Positions 19,689 to 30,329 of a stretch of 64,000 nucleotides of DNA are shown here, piece after piece. Origin of the DNA: Salinispira sp. (lineage in GTDB: Bacteria; Spirochaetota; Spirochaetia; DSM-27196; Salinispiraceae); contig OZ271918.1 in NCBI GenBank assembly GCA_965602015.1, positions 1,536,001 through 1,600,000 on the forward strand. The letters are read 5' to 3'. The position numbers and the translations under genes were made by a program. The notes under the pieces are model-generated. The model saw only the letters and a program-made list of their open reading frames with translations. It was not told where the DNA came from and did no database searches. The stretch's first letter is position 1. Every line of letters starts with the position of its first letter.

Positions 19689-20165
19689 TCAACTTCGTTC
19701 CCGGACAGCGACATTAATCTCAATCTTTCCCATTTCCATGTCCATCGGGACAATAAGGGCTTCTACCTTGTTGTCGCTGATTTCCATATTGTTGCCGGTG
19801 AGGATGGCCGGCGGAGTAAGGTCAAATCGGAACCCGAGGTTGTGCAGTTTTGTTACCGCCTGTCCGGTAATCATGTTCGCCATTTCCGTAATCGTCGCCT
19901 TTGCCATGTCGCTCATTTCATCCACAGGATCCATGCCCATCGACTGAAGCATAACGTTACACACTGCCATGGCAGTTTCCCTAGACATATCGAAGAGCAC
20001 CCGACCTTCGACATCACCCGCAAGGCCCACAATGGCTGCTACGCCGAGGACTGACATGCTGGTGGACTTAAGATACAGTTCGCCGCGCTTTACTTCGGTC
20101 TGTAAAACTTCGGTGAGCACATTGTAGGCGGACTCGACAAACGGGTTGATGTATTCTACGCGCAT
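19689..20165 (-). CDS. cheX: CheY-P phosphatase CheX
   Basis: YINPFVES, EMANMITG (ExxN) and LTPP. Confidence 0.95.
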   Translation of the reverse strand: MRVEYINPFVESAYNVLTEVLQTEVKRGELYLKSTSMSVLGVAAIVGLAGDVEGRVLFDMSRETAMAVCNVMLQSMGMDPVDEMSDMAKATITEMANMITGQAVTKLHNLGFRFDLTPPAILTGNNMEISDNKVEALIVPMDMEMGKIEINVAVRERS

Positions 20166-20187
20166 AAATAAGGTCTCCTATTACTGC

Positions 20188-21558
20188 TTACTTTTTTTGA
20201 TAATACGTAACGTCACCTGAGGTGACCGGGCTCCATGAATAATTTGCAGGTATCTGCTCATTTTTACCAAGTATAATAATTCCGCCGGTTTTCATTCTCT
20301 CATCGAGTTCCTCGAGAATTCGCTCTGAGTGATCCAGCGGGATGTAGGACAGCAAGTCGCGGGCTACCAGCAGCTGGATGGGCGGCATGCTGTGTGCGTT
20401 AACAATATCGTGATATTCGAACAGGATGGAATCTTTTATCTCCTGATTAAAAGACAGCCCGTTTGGTCCTGCAACCATAAAATCACGATAGAAATCAGGA
20501 ACATCCTGCTCGGAAAAAATAACGTTTGGTGCGCCGGAAACCGAGAGCAAGTCCTTATCACTCGCCCAGATCTTTATCTGCGCAGAAGGATATTTCATCT
20601 TCATTAAAACCGCAAGTGAGTAGGTTTCATAGCCCTTTCCACAGCCCGGGTTCCAGATGTGCAATTGATTGTCAACTTTATCGGGCAGCGCAGAGTATAC
20701 CGCATCGAAGAGGTCTTTTTCCCATAGCCTTGAGGTGTACGGAGAGCTGAATCCTTCCATAAAACGGGCCGCATCTGATTGGTTTTTTAGCTGCATATCG
20801 TCACCGGAACGCTCATTTTTCCATGCGGCAAATCGACGTTCAAACCAATTCGAATTTATATCGCTGACATAAAACTCTTCAAAGGTTTGTAAAGTCTCGG
20901 TAATAAACTGCTTATTCACCTCATCTTCATTAACCCCTGAGGAACTCTTTTGGGCGGCTGCGGGTTTTGCGGCGGCTGCCGGTCCCGGGGCTGCCTGACG
21001 GGAAGCTATTTCCGACAATACGCCCCGCTCGGCAGCAGCGTCCTGATCTTTTTTCTCTTCGGGTTTGCCGAGTATTCTCTCTACATCCAGGATGATATAG
21101 AGTCTGCCTTCATTTTCTACGACCCCGTTTATGTATTTGATGTTAATGTCGCCAAAAATCGGATGCGGAGGCTGAATGGTATCGCGTGAAATACCTACCA
21201 CCTTGTCAATTTTATCGACGATTACCCCAATCATATTACTTTCCAACCGGAGAATAAGTCCGTTTTCTTCATCGACGGAATCTTCGTCCTCATACGGGAG
21301 GTTGAACATTTCCCGCAGATCGATAATTGAAATAATTTCGCCGCGGAGATTATACACTCCACGGACGAATGGAGGAGTGTTGGGCACGTAGGTGAAATTA
21401 ACGAACTTGGCGATCTCCTTCACCTTCATAATATCGATGCCGTAATCCTTACCGGCCAAAGTGAAGGTGACCATTTTGAAATCGATATTTTCAACCTTCG
21501 CCTCGATATTTTCCAAGCCCCGTTTCCGGCGTCTTTTGCGCTGTTGTGTCACATCCAT
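20188..21558 (-). CDS. cheW: CheW coupling protein fused to a CheR-like domain
   Basis: N-terminal CheW (YGIDIMKVKEI, GVYNLRGEII) and a C-terminal CheR-like domain (IWNPGCGKGYETYSLA, FEYHD). Confidence 0.9.
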   Translation of the reverse strand: MDVTQQRKRRRKRGLENIEAKVENIDFKMVTFTLAGKDYGIDIMKVKEIAKFVNFTYVPNTPPFVRGVYNLRGEIISIIDLREMFNLPYEDEDSVDEENGLILRLESNMIGVIVDKIDKVVGISRDTIQPPHPIFGDINIKYINGVVENEGRLYIILDVERILGKPEEKKDQDAAAERGVLSEIASRQAAPGPAAAAKPAAAQKSSSGVNEDEVNKQFITETLQTFEEFYVSDINSNWFERRFAAWKNERSGDDMQLKNQSDAARFMEGFSSPYTSRLWEKDLFDAVYSALPDKVDNQLHIWNPGCGKGYETYSLAVLMKMKYPSAQIKIWASDKDLLSVSGAPNVIFSEQDVPDFYRDFMVAGPNGLSFNQEIKDSILFEYHDIVNAHSMPPIQLLVARDLLSYIPLDHSERILEELDERMKTGGIIILGKNEQIPANYSWSPVTSGDVTYYQKK

Positions 21559-21567
21559 TGCCGCTCC

Positions 21568-23958
21568 TTACTTACGGGGTGAGATTTCCCGCCGTTGACG
21601 GGCTTCCAATTCGATTTTCTGTCCCAGCTCCAGAAGCTGACTGACATCAATGATCAAAGAGACTGTTCCGTCCCCGGTAATATTTGCTCCCGCAATTCCC
21701 GGGGCATTGGTGTAATGATCCCTCAGGGGCTTTATTACCACATCTTCTTCACCGATCAGCTGATCCACAATCAGGCCCATTTTCTTGTCGCCGCTGCCCA
21801 CAATAACAACAAAATAATGCTCTTTGTTCTCATCAGTGGGAATATTAAAAATCCTGTTGAGCCGCATGAGGCTGACAACATCTTCCCTGACATTAAATAC
21901 TTCATAGTTATCGATCATCCGTATTTCCTGCGGCTTGATACGGTGGGAGTCAAGGACGGCGGTAATGGGAATAGCGTACATCTCCTTGCCTACCCGGACC
22001 AGGAGACCCTGGATGATCGCAAGGGTCAGGGGGATCTTGATGGTAAACCGGGTACCCTTGCCTGGCGATGACCATACGCTCACATTACCATTGAGCTTCT
22101 CAATCTGCTTTTTGACCACATCCAAACCGACGCCACGTCCGCTGATGTTGGTGATCTGCTTGGCGGTAGAAAACCCCGGTTCGAATATTAAATTGTAAGC
22201 CTCAACGTCGTTGAGAACTTTATTCGGATGAATAACCCCTCTGTCGATGGCCTTCTTCTTGACCATGTTGACGTCAATCCCTTTTCCGTCATCAAAAATC
22301 TCAATGAGGATCATGTTCCCCTCATTGCTGGCCTTGAGATGTATGGTGCCTTCTGGGCTTTTTCCGGCTTTCTTCCGCTCGTCAGGACTCTCAATGCCGT
22401 GGTCAAGGGAGTTACGCACGCAGTGAATTAACGGATCCAGCAGGTCTTCAATTACCGACTTGTCGAGCTCGGTATCTTCACCTTCAATAGTAAGATTAAC
22501 CTTCTTGTTTAGCGAACGGCTGAGATCACGCACGAGACGGGGGAATCGAGAGAATATCTGGGAAATGGGAACCATCCTGATCCGCATTACCCCTTCCTGT
22601 AGTTCGCTGGTAATTCGTCCGAGATTTTGAGCGGTATTCCGAAACTTCGCTATGGATGATTTGATCGAACCGTGAAAACCGTCAAAGAAACTGCTGAGCT
22701 GACCAAACTCTTCAAGCATACGGCGTTTTATATCCTTAATGCTCGCACCGCGCTGAATCTCTTCGAGATACTCCGGCAGGGCATCAAAAAGATCCTTGAT
22801 AATTCCCCGGTATTGATTCTGTACATGTTGTAGCTCGGTGAGGTTTTCGGAAAACTGATTTGAGACCTGATTGAATGTAGCTTTGTTTATGACAGTTTCA
22901 CTTACCAAATTGAGCAGGTCATCGATGCGTTTGCTTTCAACCCTCAGAATTGAACTGGAAGCGACCTTTTTGTGCTCAGAGCTTTTTTTTGCTCCTCCGG
23001 TCTGGTCCGGAATACTGGATTTAACCGCATCGATGGCGTTCTGAATATCGCCTTCGGAACCCGAGTCTTCGGCCACTGCAGCACTTTCTTCATCGGGCAT
23101 ATCATCATCCGCTTCATCTCGCGGGCTTGCCTCAGGCTGCTGAGCTTCAATGACCGGTTCAGAGTCAATATTGCCTAAAACCTGGATGTTTGAACCGATG
23201 GTCACATCACTTATCGAGAGCACCCCGGAAAAGTCTTCAGGGTCTTCTTTTGTGGCCACATAGTACACCACCGTGGGATAAAAGGTATCTTCATACAGCG
23301 CTTCGAAGTCAGGGCTCGTTTTTAACACTTTGCCTATGGATTTTAATGCGGCAAACACCTGAATGCCTCCGACGGTATTCATCGGATTATCGGGATTGAA
23401 CTCGACGACGATCTGATATACCTGCTCGTCGTCCTCCGCCGCTTCCTGCAGCTCCAGCACATCGTATTCGGACAGTTTCTTATTCGAGCCTTTGGCTACC
23501 GCAGCCGGCTTTGGAGCTGGAACCGGCTTAGGAGCTGCGCTGGTTTTAACCGCTGTCTTTTGGCCGCTTAGATAGGATTTTAAAACATCCTTGGTACCAC
23601 TGATGTCATCGTCATAGATTTCACCCTGTGAACGGGCGTCAAGCATGGCTTTTATGATGTCGATTGAGTTCAGCAGTGTGTCGGTAATGACTTCGTCAAT
23701 CCCGAGTTTTCCGCTTCGAATGTCATCGAGGACATCTTCGACTATATGAGTGAATTCCGAAAGCTCCGTCATTTGAACAGTGGCTGAAGCGCCTTTCAAG
23801 GTATGGGCTGCGCGAAAAATCTCATCAATGGAATCTTCATTTTTGGGATCGTTCTCGAGAACGAGAATATTCTGCTCGAGCAACTCGAGCTGCATTTCTG
23901 CCTCGACAAAAAAGTCTTTTAGCAGTTCTTCATTATTCGGATCAAGATAGTCACTCAT
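21568..23958 (-). CDS. cheA: Chemotaxis histidine kinase CheA
   Basis: Hpt FRAAHTLKG, HCVRNSLDHGIE, DDGKG, SGRGVGLDVV and a C-terminal CheW-like domain. Confidence 0.97.
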   Translation of the reverse strand: MSDYLDPNNEELLKDFFVEAEMQLELLEQNILVLENDPKNEDSIDEIFRAAHTLKGASATVQMTELSEFTHIVEDVLDDIRSGKLGIDEVITDTLLNSIDIIKAMLDARSQGEIYDDDISGTKDVLKSYLSGQKTAVKTSAAPKPVPAPKPAAVAKGSNKKLSEYDVLELQEAAEDDEQVYQIVVEFNPDNPMNTVGGIQVFAALKSIGKVLKTSPDFEALYEDTFYPTVVYYVATKEDPEDFSGVLSISDVTIGSNIQVLGNIDSEPVIEAQQPEASPRDEADDDMPDEESAAVAEDSGSEGDIQNAIDAVKSSIPDQTGGAKKSSEHKKVASSSILRVESKRIDDLLNLVSETVINKATFNQVSNQFSENLTELQHVQNQYRGIIKDLFDALPEYLEEIQRGASIKDIKRRMLEEFGQLSSFFDGFHGSIKSSIAKFRNTAQNLGRITSELQEGVMRIRMVPISQIFSRFPRLVRDLSRSLNKKVNLTIEGEDTELDKSVIEDLLDPLIHCVRNSLDHGIESPDERKKAGKSPEGTIHLKASNEGNMILIEIFDDGKGIDVNMVKKKAIDRGVIHPNKVLNDVEAYNLIFEPGFSTAKQITNISGRGVGLDVVKKQIEKLNGNVSVWSSPGKGTRFTIKIPLTLAIIQGLLVRVGKEMYAIPITAVLDSHRIKPQEIRMIDNYEVFNVREDVVSLMRLNRIFNIPTDENKEHYFVVIVGSGDKKMGLIVDQLIGEEDVVIKPLRDHYTNAPGIAGANITGDGTVSLIIDVSQLLELGQKIELEARQRREISPRK

Positions 23959-23965
23959 GGTTTAA

Positions 23966-23993
23966 ATGATATACGTTTGAAATGCTAAGTCAA
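23966..23993 (-). promoter_or_regulatory. Putative cheA promoter (likely leaderless)
   Basis: TTGACT-N16-TATCAT-N7-ATG with no SD. Confidence 0.6.
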
Positions 23994-24019
23994 TACTGAA
24001 ATGTAATAAATCAGTTCCG

Positions 24020-24049
24020 AAAAAAAAGGCAGGGCACATGCCCTGCCTT
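24020..24049 (-). terminator. flaA terminator
   Basis: AAGGCAGGGC-N4-GCCCTGCCTT stem followed by a T-run on the minus strand. Confidence 0.85.
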
Positions 24050-24069
24050 ACTTACTCACGTTAACCGTC

Positions 24070-25077
24070 TTACTGCTGGTCTTCCCGAGTGCTGGGATCA
24101 TCGATCAGCTGGGATTCGAGGTAACGCAGTACCTGAAGGTTACCCAATCGGGACAGCTCGGAATTTCTCCTGGCTTCTTCGCGCTGCTGGAGAATACCCC
24201 ATATAGCCTCATCTTCGATATCGCGCTCGAGGGTGAGAACAGCCTTGTCATACACAATGTTTACATCTTTGATGTAGGTGATGACGTCGCCGCCCTGCTG
24301 TGCCGCATCACGGTAGATGCGGAAACCGATGAGCTTAACCATGGGTGCAAGGTTGGGATACAGGGGGAAGCTCCGCAGTTCGCGGTTTCGCACCTCGCTG
24401 ATATACGCAGGATTGCTCCAGGTCATGGTCCGCCAACCGTCGAAGTTGAGGTAGCCGAGGAAGTATTCCCGCTCAATGTTCTCATGATCCTGCAGGACGA
24501 TGCTCATACCCTGCGGAAAGTTGAGACCATGCACATTTACTGAAATGCTCTTAATCACCGCAACGTTTTTAACAACGCCGAAGTTGTCAAACTGTTCGCC
24601 CCGGCCCTGATCGGCGGGATCTATTGTGAGGGTGCCGTCGGCATTAACCGTCTTAACATCGGAATATGCCGGGATCTCAAAGGGAGGAATAACCATCGCC
24701 CAGGCATTAAAGGGCTCGACGGGGAACCGTACCCTTACGCCCAAAGCGGTTTCGCCGGGATAGTTGCGGGCATTTTCTGAGATCGGTGCGGCCGCGGTAT
24801 ACGACATGGATTGATTTTCAACTGTGCGGGCAGAAGAGTTCAGCATTACTTCCCAATTCTCAATGAACAGAGAAGTCTTCATCTGAGCCTTTTCCTCGTC
24901 AGTGAAACTGGACCCTGCAGCGCTGCTGAAGTCTATCAGAGTAGCTTCGTTCTGCGTGGGATTATCCGCAGGATAATCCGCAGTCAGGGTGTTAAAATCG
25001 ATGAGTGTCGCCTGCTCGGCAAACACCGCGGTGCTTGCGATTATGGCTACTAGAAATAGAATGAAGAACCTTTTCAT
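24070..25077 (-). CDS. flaA: Flagellar filament sheath protein FlaA
   Basis: Signal peptide, LIDF, W.V.LNSSAR, LGVRVRFP, GVVKNV..IKSI and YLNFDGWR; AAGGAG SD. Confidence 0.93.
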   Translation of the reverse strand: MKRFFILFLVAIIASTAVFAEQATLIDFNTLTADYPADNPTQNEATLIDFSSAAGSSFTDEEKAQMKTSLFIENWEVMLNSSARTVENQSMSYTAAAPISENARNYPGETALGVRVRFPVEPFNAWAMVIPPFEIPAYSDVKTVNADGTLTIDPADQGRGEQFDNFGVVKNVAVIKSISVNVHGLNFPQGMSIVLQDHENIEREYFLGYLNFDGWRTMTWSNPAYISEVRNRELRSFPLYPNLAPMVKLIGFRIYRDAAQQGGDVITYIKDVNIVYDKAVLTLERDIEDEAIWGILQQREEARRNSELSRLGNLQVLRYLESQLIDDPSTREDQQ

Positions 25078-25125
25078 CCTGCGCTCCTTTACTTTCAAGC
25101 CTGTTTGATGTACTCGCTATGTAGA

Positions 25126-25153
25126 ATTATAGCTAATCAGTTTCCTTTGTCAA
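25126..25153 (-). promoter_or_regulatory. Consensus sigma70 promoter of flaA
   Basis: TTGACA-N16-TATAAT. Confidence 0.8.
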
Positions 25154-25198
25154 ACAAAATCCCGCGAATACGCGAGATAGTCCAAATTACTTGTACTT

Positions 25199-25732
25199 CT
25201 AGGGTTCTGCAGCTCCGAAATTTTCCCGATCGGCACCTGCTTCCCCGCTGTAGGTCGGAATAAAGGGCTCTTGGCCGTCCACCAGAATATAGATGTTGCG
25301 CAGCCCCGGGAAATTTGCCCGTATGATTTTCCGGAGAATTCCCAAGGAATCGGCGACGGTAAGATCGCGATCCGGTATGCGTGCAAGGGCCTGTCGGTCG
25401 AGATCCACAACCAGGCTTCGCCGATTCATGAGAAACACCGACCTCAGACTGGTGTCCCGCTGGAAGACATTATAAGACCGGATATTGGCCGGCCCGAGTA
25501 TGGCTTCCTCAACCAGCTGGGCCATCCTGTCGGCCCGCCCCCGCTCCCGGGGAAGAACCCGGTATTCGCCCACAAGGTCATTGCTCACAGAATCGGGAAA
25601 GTAGAGCACCACCCGTTCGCGGCTGAAGTGGCTGCCCAAATATGCGAAGAAAGAGATGATAAAAGTGGCAATCAAAACCAGTAGCCAGACGTTTTCTGAA
25701 ATAAAAGTTTTTTTACTATTACTGAGATACAC
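25199..25732 (-). CDS. GerMN-like membrane-anchored protein
   Basis: N-terminal TM helix, VLYFPD, LVEEAILGP and IYILVDG; downstream of the amidase. Confidence 0.7.
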   Translation of the reverse strand: MYLSNSKKTFISENVWLLVLIATFIISFFAYLGSHFSRERVVLYFPDSVSNDLVGEYRVLPRERGRADRMAQLVEEAILGPANIRSYNVFQRDTSLRSVFLMNRRSLVVDLDRQALARIPDRDLTVADSLGILRKIIRANFPGLRNIYILVDGQEPFIPTYSGEAGADRENFGAAEP

Positions 25733-26729
25733 TTTCGAAGTCCTGAATAAAATCGGTCAGGCCATTATAAATGCCGCGACTGATCTTCTGCAAGTAGAGG
25801 GGATTGTTCAACAGCTCGACTTCCTCGGCATTTGTCACAAACCCCACTTCCACCAGAACTGAAGGCATAAACGCCTTGCGAACCACGTACCAGTCCATCT
25901 CCTTGAGGCCCCTGGATTGGGTAAACCCGCCGATTTCCCTCATCATTCCCCGGTCAATGCTTTGAGCCAGCAGAATGCTCTCAACGGTATACTCCTCCTC
26001 CAATATGCTGTTGAGGATGGGCAACACCGTCGAACTGTCCTGATCGATGTCCTCGGCATTAAGAACCTGACGGCGATGTTCAGGAGGCAAATACCAGACC
26101 TCTATTCCGCTGGCCCGGGAATTAAGCGCCGCATTTGCGTGAATACTTACAAACAGGATCTTTTCATCGGGACCGCTTGAAAGGCTGTTTGCCATCTCGG
26201 TTCGCTGTTCGAGGGTGAGGTACACGTCTGTGTCCCGGGAGAGAATAATCTCCTTGTCAGGGTATGACTGCCTGAGCATTTCCGCCAGGTCCAGGGCGAC
26301 GTCCAGTACAATGCTCTTTTCGTAAATCGGGTCTCCGCTTGCCAGAGTACCGACTGTGCCGGGATCCCGGCCGCCATGTCCGGGGTCAATAAAGATTTTT
26401 GATACTTCCCGGTATTCAATGCCCGAGTCCCTTCTGAAGATTCCGTCGAGCTGATCCCTGGTCGATTCGGGAAGCATAAGGGCTCCGCCTGAATAAAAAA
26501 TCGGCTCCGCTGCTACCGGCTCCTCGAAATTTTGCATAATGGCGGGAAAATCCAGAAGGAAGGAAACCATTTCATCGCCACGCCAAATAATACCCCGGGC
26601 CGTGAGGTCGTCCCAGTATAACTCCAGACGTTCTTCACGAAGATACTCATCGAGGGGCATTTCCCCATGGATAGCCCCGGGCAGGAGGCAGAACGCCGCA
26701 AAACACACCGCGGCGATTTTACTAAACAC
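25719..26729 (-). CDS. N-acetylmuramoyl-L-alanine amidase (Amidase_3)
   Basis: IDPGHGGRDPG, EK, FVSIHANA and VLVEVGF; signal peptide after GTG 26729, which has a GGAG SD. Confidence 0.92.
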   Translation of the reverse strand: MFSKIAAVCFAAFCLLPGAIHGEMPLDEYLREERLELYWDDLTARGIIWRGDEMVSFLLDFPAIMQNFEEPVAAEPIFYSGGALMLPESTRDQLDGIFRRDSGIEYREVSKIFIDPGHGGRDPGTVGTLASGDPIYEKSIVLDVALDLAEMLRQSYPDKEIILSRDTDVYLTLEQRTEMANSLSSGPDEKILFVSIHANAALNSRASGIEVWYLPPEHRRQVLNAEDIDQDSSTVLPILNSILEEEYTVESILLAQSIDRGMMREIGGFTQSRGLKEMDWYVVRKAFMPSVLVEVGFVTNAEEVELLNNPLYLQKISRGIYNGLTDFIQDFESVSQ

Positions 26730-28446
26730 TGTATACTCCGAAGATTTCCAACACTTCACTACTACAGTTTTCGGTATTTTTCTTCTCTAGCTCAAGGTAA
26801 TAGATAGCGGCCTGGGCACCGCCGGCCAGCAGGCAGAGCAAAAAGGCCAGTGACCTGCCCGAGCCCGGGATGCGTTTTTGAGGATCGGCATCTGCGAGCC
26901 AGGTAAAATCTGGAATGATGCGTTTTATGAGCCCCAGACTATTGTGGATGCTCCGGTAATTCCAATCCCGCTCTTCGCTGCCGATCACATAGGCGGGTAA
27001 TACATATTGCCCGCCGGAAGATTGATCGGGCCCGCTTGTCACTAGTGCCCTGGATGAAAGATCAGATTTGACAGTTGAAAAAAGTTTTGTATACGCCGGC
27101 GGGTACTCCTGAGCGAACATCAACCGGAGCCCCTCAATTCCGGCCGGCTTCAGTAGAACGAGAATCTTCGCCAGAAGCTCTTCAGTCTGCCGCCCATCTG
27201 CGGGAGCGATGAGGTTCCCGCATTTTTCAACATTATTTCGGGGAAAGTTCACCCTGCTTCCCGGGCTGACCGAGGGAAAAAACAGGACCTCTTCCGGCAG
27301 ATTTTCCGGCATCACGATGCGGGAGACGGTTCCCGGAACGGAAATGAGCCCCCGCTCATTAACCGGAAGCTCCGTTACCGAAGTAAAATAGCCCGGATCG
27401 AAATCCTGGATGAGTTCCTGGCCCAGGGCGATCTGGATCGCACCGATTGCCGGATTCACACCGCTGCTCATCGGGAAGGTCCAACCGGACATAAATCCGC
27501 CGGACAAACGGGCGGCCACCTCGCCGATGAGCGGGCCATCCGGGCCGTAGAATATATCACCTTTTACCGCTCCGCTTTTTACCCCGAGGGCGTCGGCTGC
27601 CGCGAGAAGCAGGTCGAACATCTGCCGCCTGGCCGTTTCATCCACATCGCAGGGAAAACTGTGTCCTCGTTCGATAAAAACAGGAGGATACTCCACATGA
27701 CGCCGCGCTATGCCCGTGGGATACAGCCGGCCGCGGTCGATAAGGGCGTCAAGGCTGTACTCGCTGCCTGTGATTTTTTCTTCGATTATTATCCGTTTTT
27801 CCCGGCTTTGATTATATGCCTGCTCGATGGCGGGCCCCAATTCATCCTGATTTCGAATTAAGCGCACCCCGCGGGCGCCCATGTTATCCACCGGCTTGAC
27901 TACCAAAGGATACTTTAATTCTGAAACACAAGATTCAAAACGGTCTTCCGAATCAATATTGAGGTTGACAGACTGTGGCTGGGGAAGCCCGGCCTCGGAA
28001 AACACCTTTCTCATGCGGTGCTTCCTGCTTGCATCAAGAGCGTGCTCATAACCTATGCCGGGAAATCCGCAGGCATCGGCCACATAGGCGACTGATGCAG
28101 AAAAATCCGTACCGATGGTCAGCACCCCGTGGATTTTTCCCTCATGCTTTAATTTCGCCGCACAAGTCTCAAGCCCGGATACATCCTTGAGATCGACGGG
28201 AAAAAACTCGTCTGCCAGGGAGGCCCCTGGGGCATCGGGATTACCGTCCGCCGCGCAGAGGTATATGCCCATGGCTTTTGCGGCCAGGATGCCGGGAATT
28301 TGCAGGAGCCCGGCCCCCAGGAATAACAATCCGTATTTCCTGCCGGCGTAGCGCTCCTTCCAGAGCCGCTGGTAGCGATCGGAGGCCGGATTAGTGATTA
28401 TCTGTTTTATAATACCGGGCATGGTCATCACTGGATTATTCATCAC
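26722..28446 (-). CDS. ATP-grasp domain protein
   Basis: LGAGLLQ, KHRMR, VVKPVDNMGARGV, IEE..G.EYS and EVAARLSGG. Confidence 0.85.
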   Translation of the reverse strand: MMNNPVMTMPGIIKQIITNPASDRYQRLWKERYAGRKYGLLFLGAGLLQIPGILAAKAMGIYLCAADGNPDAPGASLADEFFPVDLKDVSGLETCAAKLKHEGKIHGVLTIGTDFSASVAYVADACGFPGIGYEHALDASRKHRMRKVFSEAGLPQPQSVNLNIDSEDRFESCVSELKYPLVVKPVDNMGARGVRLIRNQDELGPAIEQAYNQSREKRIIIEEKITGSEYSLDALIDRGRLYPTGIARRHVEYPPVFIERGHSFPCDVDETARRQMFDLLLAAADALGVKSGAVKGDIFYGPDGPLIGEVAARLSGGFMSGWTFPMSSGVNPAIGAIQIALGQELIQDFDPGYFTSVTELPVNERGLISVPGTVSRIVMPENLPEEVLFFPSVSPGSRVNFPRNNVEKCGNLIAPADGRQTEELLAKILVLLKPAGIEGLRLMFAQEYPPAYTKLFSTVKSDLSSRALVTSGPDQSSGGQYVLPAYVIGSEERDWNYRSIHNSLGLIKRIIPDFTWLADADPQKRIPGSGRSLAFLLCLLAGGAQAAIYYLELEKKNTENCSSEVLEIFGVYSV

Positions 28447-30286
28447 CGGGAAGGCGGATATACAGCGCCTCGAAACTATCGCCCAGAGAAAGCCGCCGAC
28501 TGAGCCATTGGGAAAATCCGCGAAGACGAGTGCCTAAAAGCCCGGGGAACCGCTCGCCGTGATGACCGGTGGATTCCCACTCCCTCAGCATAAAACCGTG
28601 GAGATTTCCCACCCGCAACGCCTGGTCCGGGTGCCAGATTGTATAGTGATCCGCCGGTCCGTCAAACAGGAACCCGGTGAGGTTACGCCTACCGCTTATG
28701 CCCATGCTGTTGGGCGTGGCGATGGCGAACACACCGCCGGGCTTGAGTATCCGGTGAATCCAGGAAAGGATGGCAGTTAATTCGGGGAAGTGCTCAATGA
28801 CGTACCACATGGTAACGACATCGTAAGCCCCTTTGCCGTAACCCGAACGGAAAGCCGCATCGGCAATGTCGCCGGCAAACGCTTCGTGGCCCAGCATGTT
28901 GACCACATGGCTCACCGCATCGGGGCTGATGTCTATTCCCTCGGCCTTAAAGCCCCGCTCGGCGGCTGCTGCCAGGAAAGGACCAAAGGCGCAGCCGATA
29001 TCCAGAAGACGCGGCGTATAGTTTTCCGAGGGCAGATCAAGATGCTCGGTAATTTTATCCATTCGGCGTCGGCCCATATTAAAAATATAATCAAAATCAT
29101 CGAGATAGCTTCGACCGTATTGGCTTTTGTACTGTTCAAAAAAATACTTTTTATCGTAGCTGATATCATCGGAGAATACCCGAAGCTGAAACGCGGTGCG
29201 GCATACCCCGCAGCGAAAATAGCTGCGCTCCTCGTTCCGGCAGATAAGCCGAATTGAATCGGACTCCCCGCAGCATGGACATGCGTGTTTTCCCTGTGGA
29301 GTGATTTTTTTTATCAGATCGGAAAGCGAGGCTTCGGGAATCGCCCGAACCCGCTCTGTCTGGGCGACCAGGCGTGTGACCATATCCTCAAGCGCCTGGG
29401 GGCCCAGGGCGTATACCATGCTCTCGGGAGGCAGTGACAGAAATCCCGAGAGACGGGCCAGTTCCCCGTGATAAAACGAGGCGTCGATGACCAGGGTTTT
29501 TACCCCGGCGTACTGAGCTTCCCAGGCTGACAGCCCGTAAGCCCCGATAAACAGATCATAATCCGCAAAGGAATCCCTGAGACCGGGACGGTACTCCCGG
29601 TACGACCAGCCGGACGGCAGGGCTTTTCGCTCGCCGTCAAAACCAGGGGGGAGAACAACATCTCCTTGGGCATTGGGCAGAATTTCTGAGTCCGCCAGTG
29701 CGGCAATAAAAGCGGAACTCAACCCCGCCGGATCGCTTGCCCCGAAACTCACCAACACCCGCTCCAGACGGGAGTCCGGCTCTTTAACCCTGGCGGGCCG
29801 GGGCAGCAGACCGGGGTGGTAGACATTCGGGCGCTGCCAACTGCTGCTCATCCGGCCTTCCAGCCCCAGTATGCGGGTGAGGCTTTTGGTCGATTGATTC
29901 TCTGCCGCCGCGGCTTTTTTTTCGGGGTCAAAATACCGCTGATGCAAATGATTTCCGGGATACGGGAGGGTATCGACCAGGTAGCTCGCCATTTCCCGGG
30001 AACTTCCCCCCAGATCGACGGCCATAACCGGGGCAACCCCCAAGAGAGCGCGCATGGAATCGGGGTCATGGACCGGGGCATCCAGGACAATCAGCGACGG
30101 CGTCCCGATTTCTTCAGTCAGCCGCTCAACAGGATCAGAAGCGCTCAGTTCTCTAAAGCGCGGTCGTTCTGCGGACGGAACATAAAGATAGGAGTTGCTG
30201 AGGGATCGGTGTACATGAAGCATGCGCTGGAAATGACCGCCACCGTCCTGCGGGCGCAGCGATGGTTTGAGAAGAATGTGATTCAT
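28436..30286 (-). CDS. SpsG/PseG-like GT-B domain fused to a Zn ribbon and class I SAM methyltransferase
   Basis: GGGHFQRM, VLVSFGASDP, CPCC...CGVC, LLDIGCAFG, VIEHF and LKPGG. Confidence 0.8.
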   Translation of the reverse strand: MNHILLKPSLRPQDGGGHFQRMLHVHRSLSNSYLYVPSAERPRFRELSASDPVERLTEEIGTPSLIVLDAPVHDPDSMRALLGVAPVMAVDLGGSSREMASYLVDTLPYPGNHLHQRYFDPEKKAAAAENQSTKSLTRILGLEGRMSSSWQRPNVYHPGLLPRPARVKEPDSRLERVLVSFGASDPAGLSSAFIAALADSEILPNAQGDVVLPPGFDGERKALPSGWSYREYRPGLRDSFADYDLFIGAYGLSAWEAQYAGVKTLVIDASFYHGELARLSGFLSLPPESMVYALGPQALEDMVTRLVAQTERVRAIPEASLSDLIKKITPQGKHACPCCGESDSIRLICRNEERSYFRCGVCRTAFQLRVFSDDISYDKKYFFEQYKSQYGRSYLDDFDYIFNMGRRRMDKITEHLDLPSENYTPRLLDIGCAFGPFLAAAAERGFKAEGIDISPDAVSHVVNMLGHEAFAGDIADAAFRSGYGKGAYDVVTMWYVIEHFPELTAILSWIHRILKPGGVFAIATPNSMGISGRRNLTGFLFDGPADHYTIWHPDQALRVGNLHGFMLREWESTGHHGERFPGLLGTRLRGFSQWLSRRLSLGDSFEALYIRLPGDE

Positions 30287-30329
30287 GAGCTGTCCCCTGG
30301 AAATAGGCTGTTGAGCTGCGATTTGCAGT

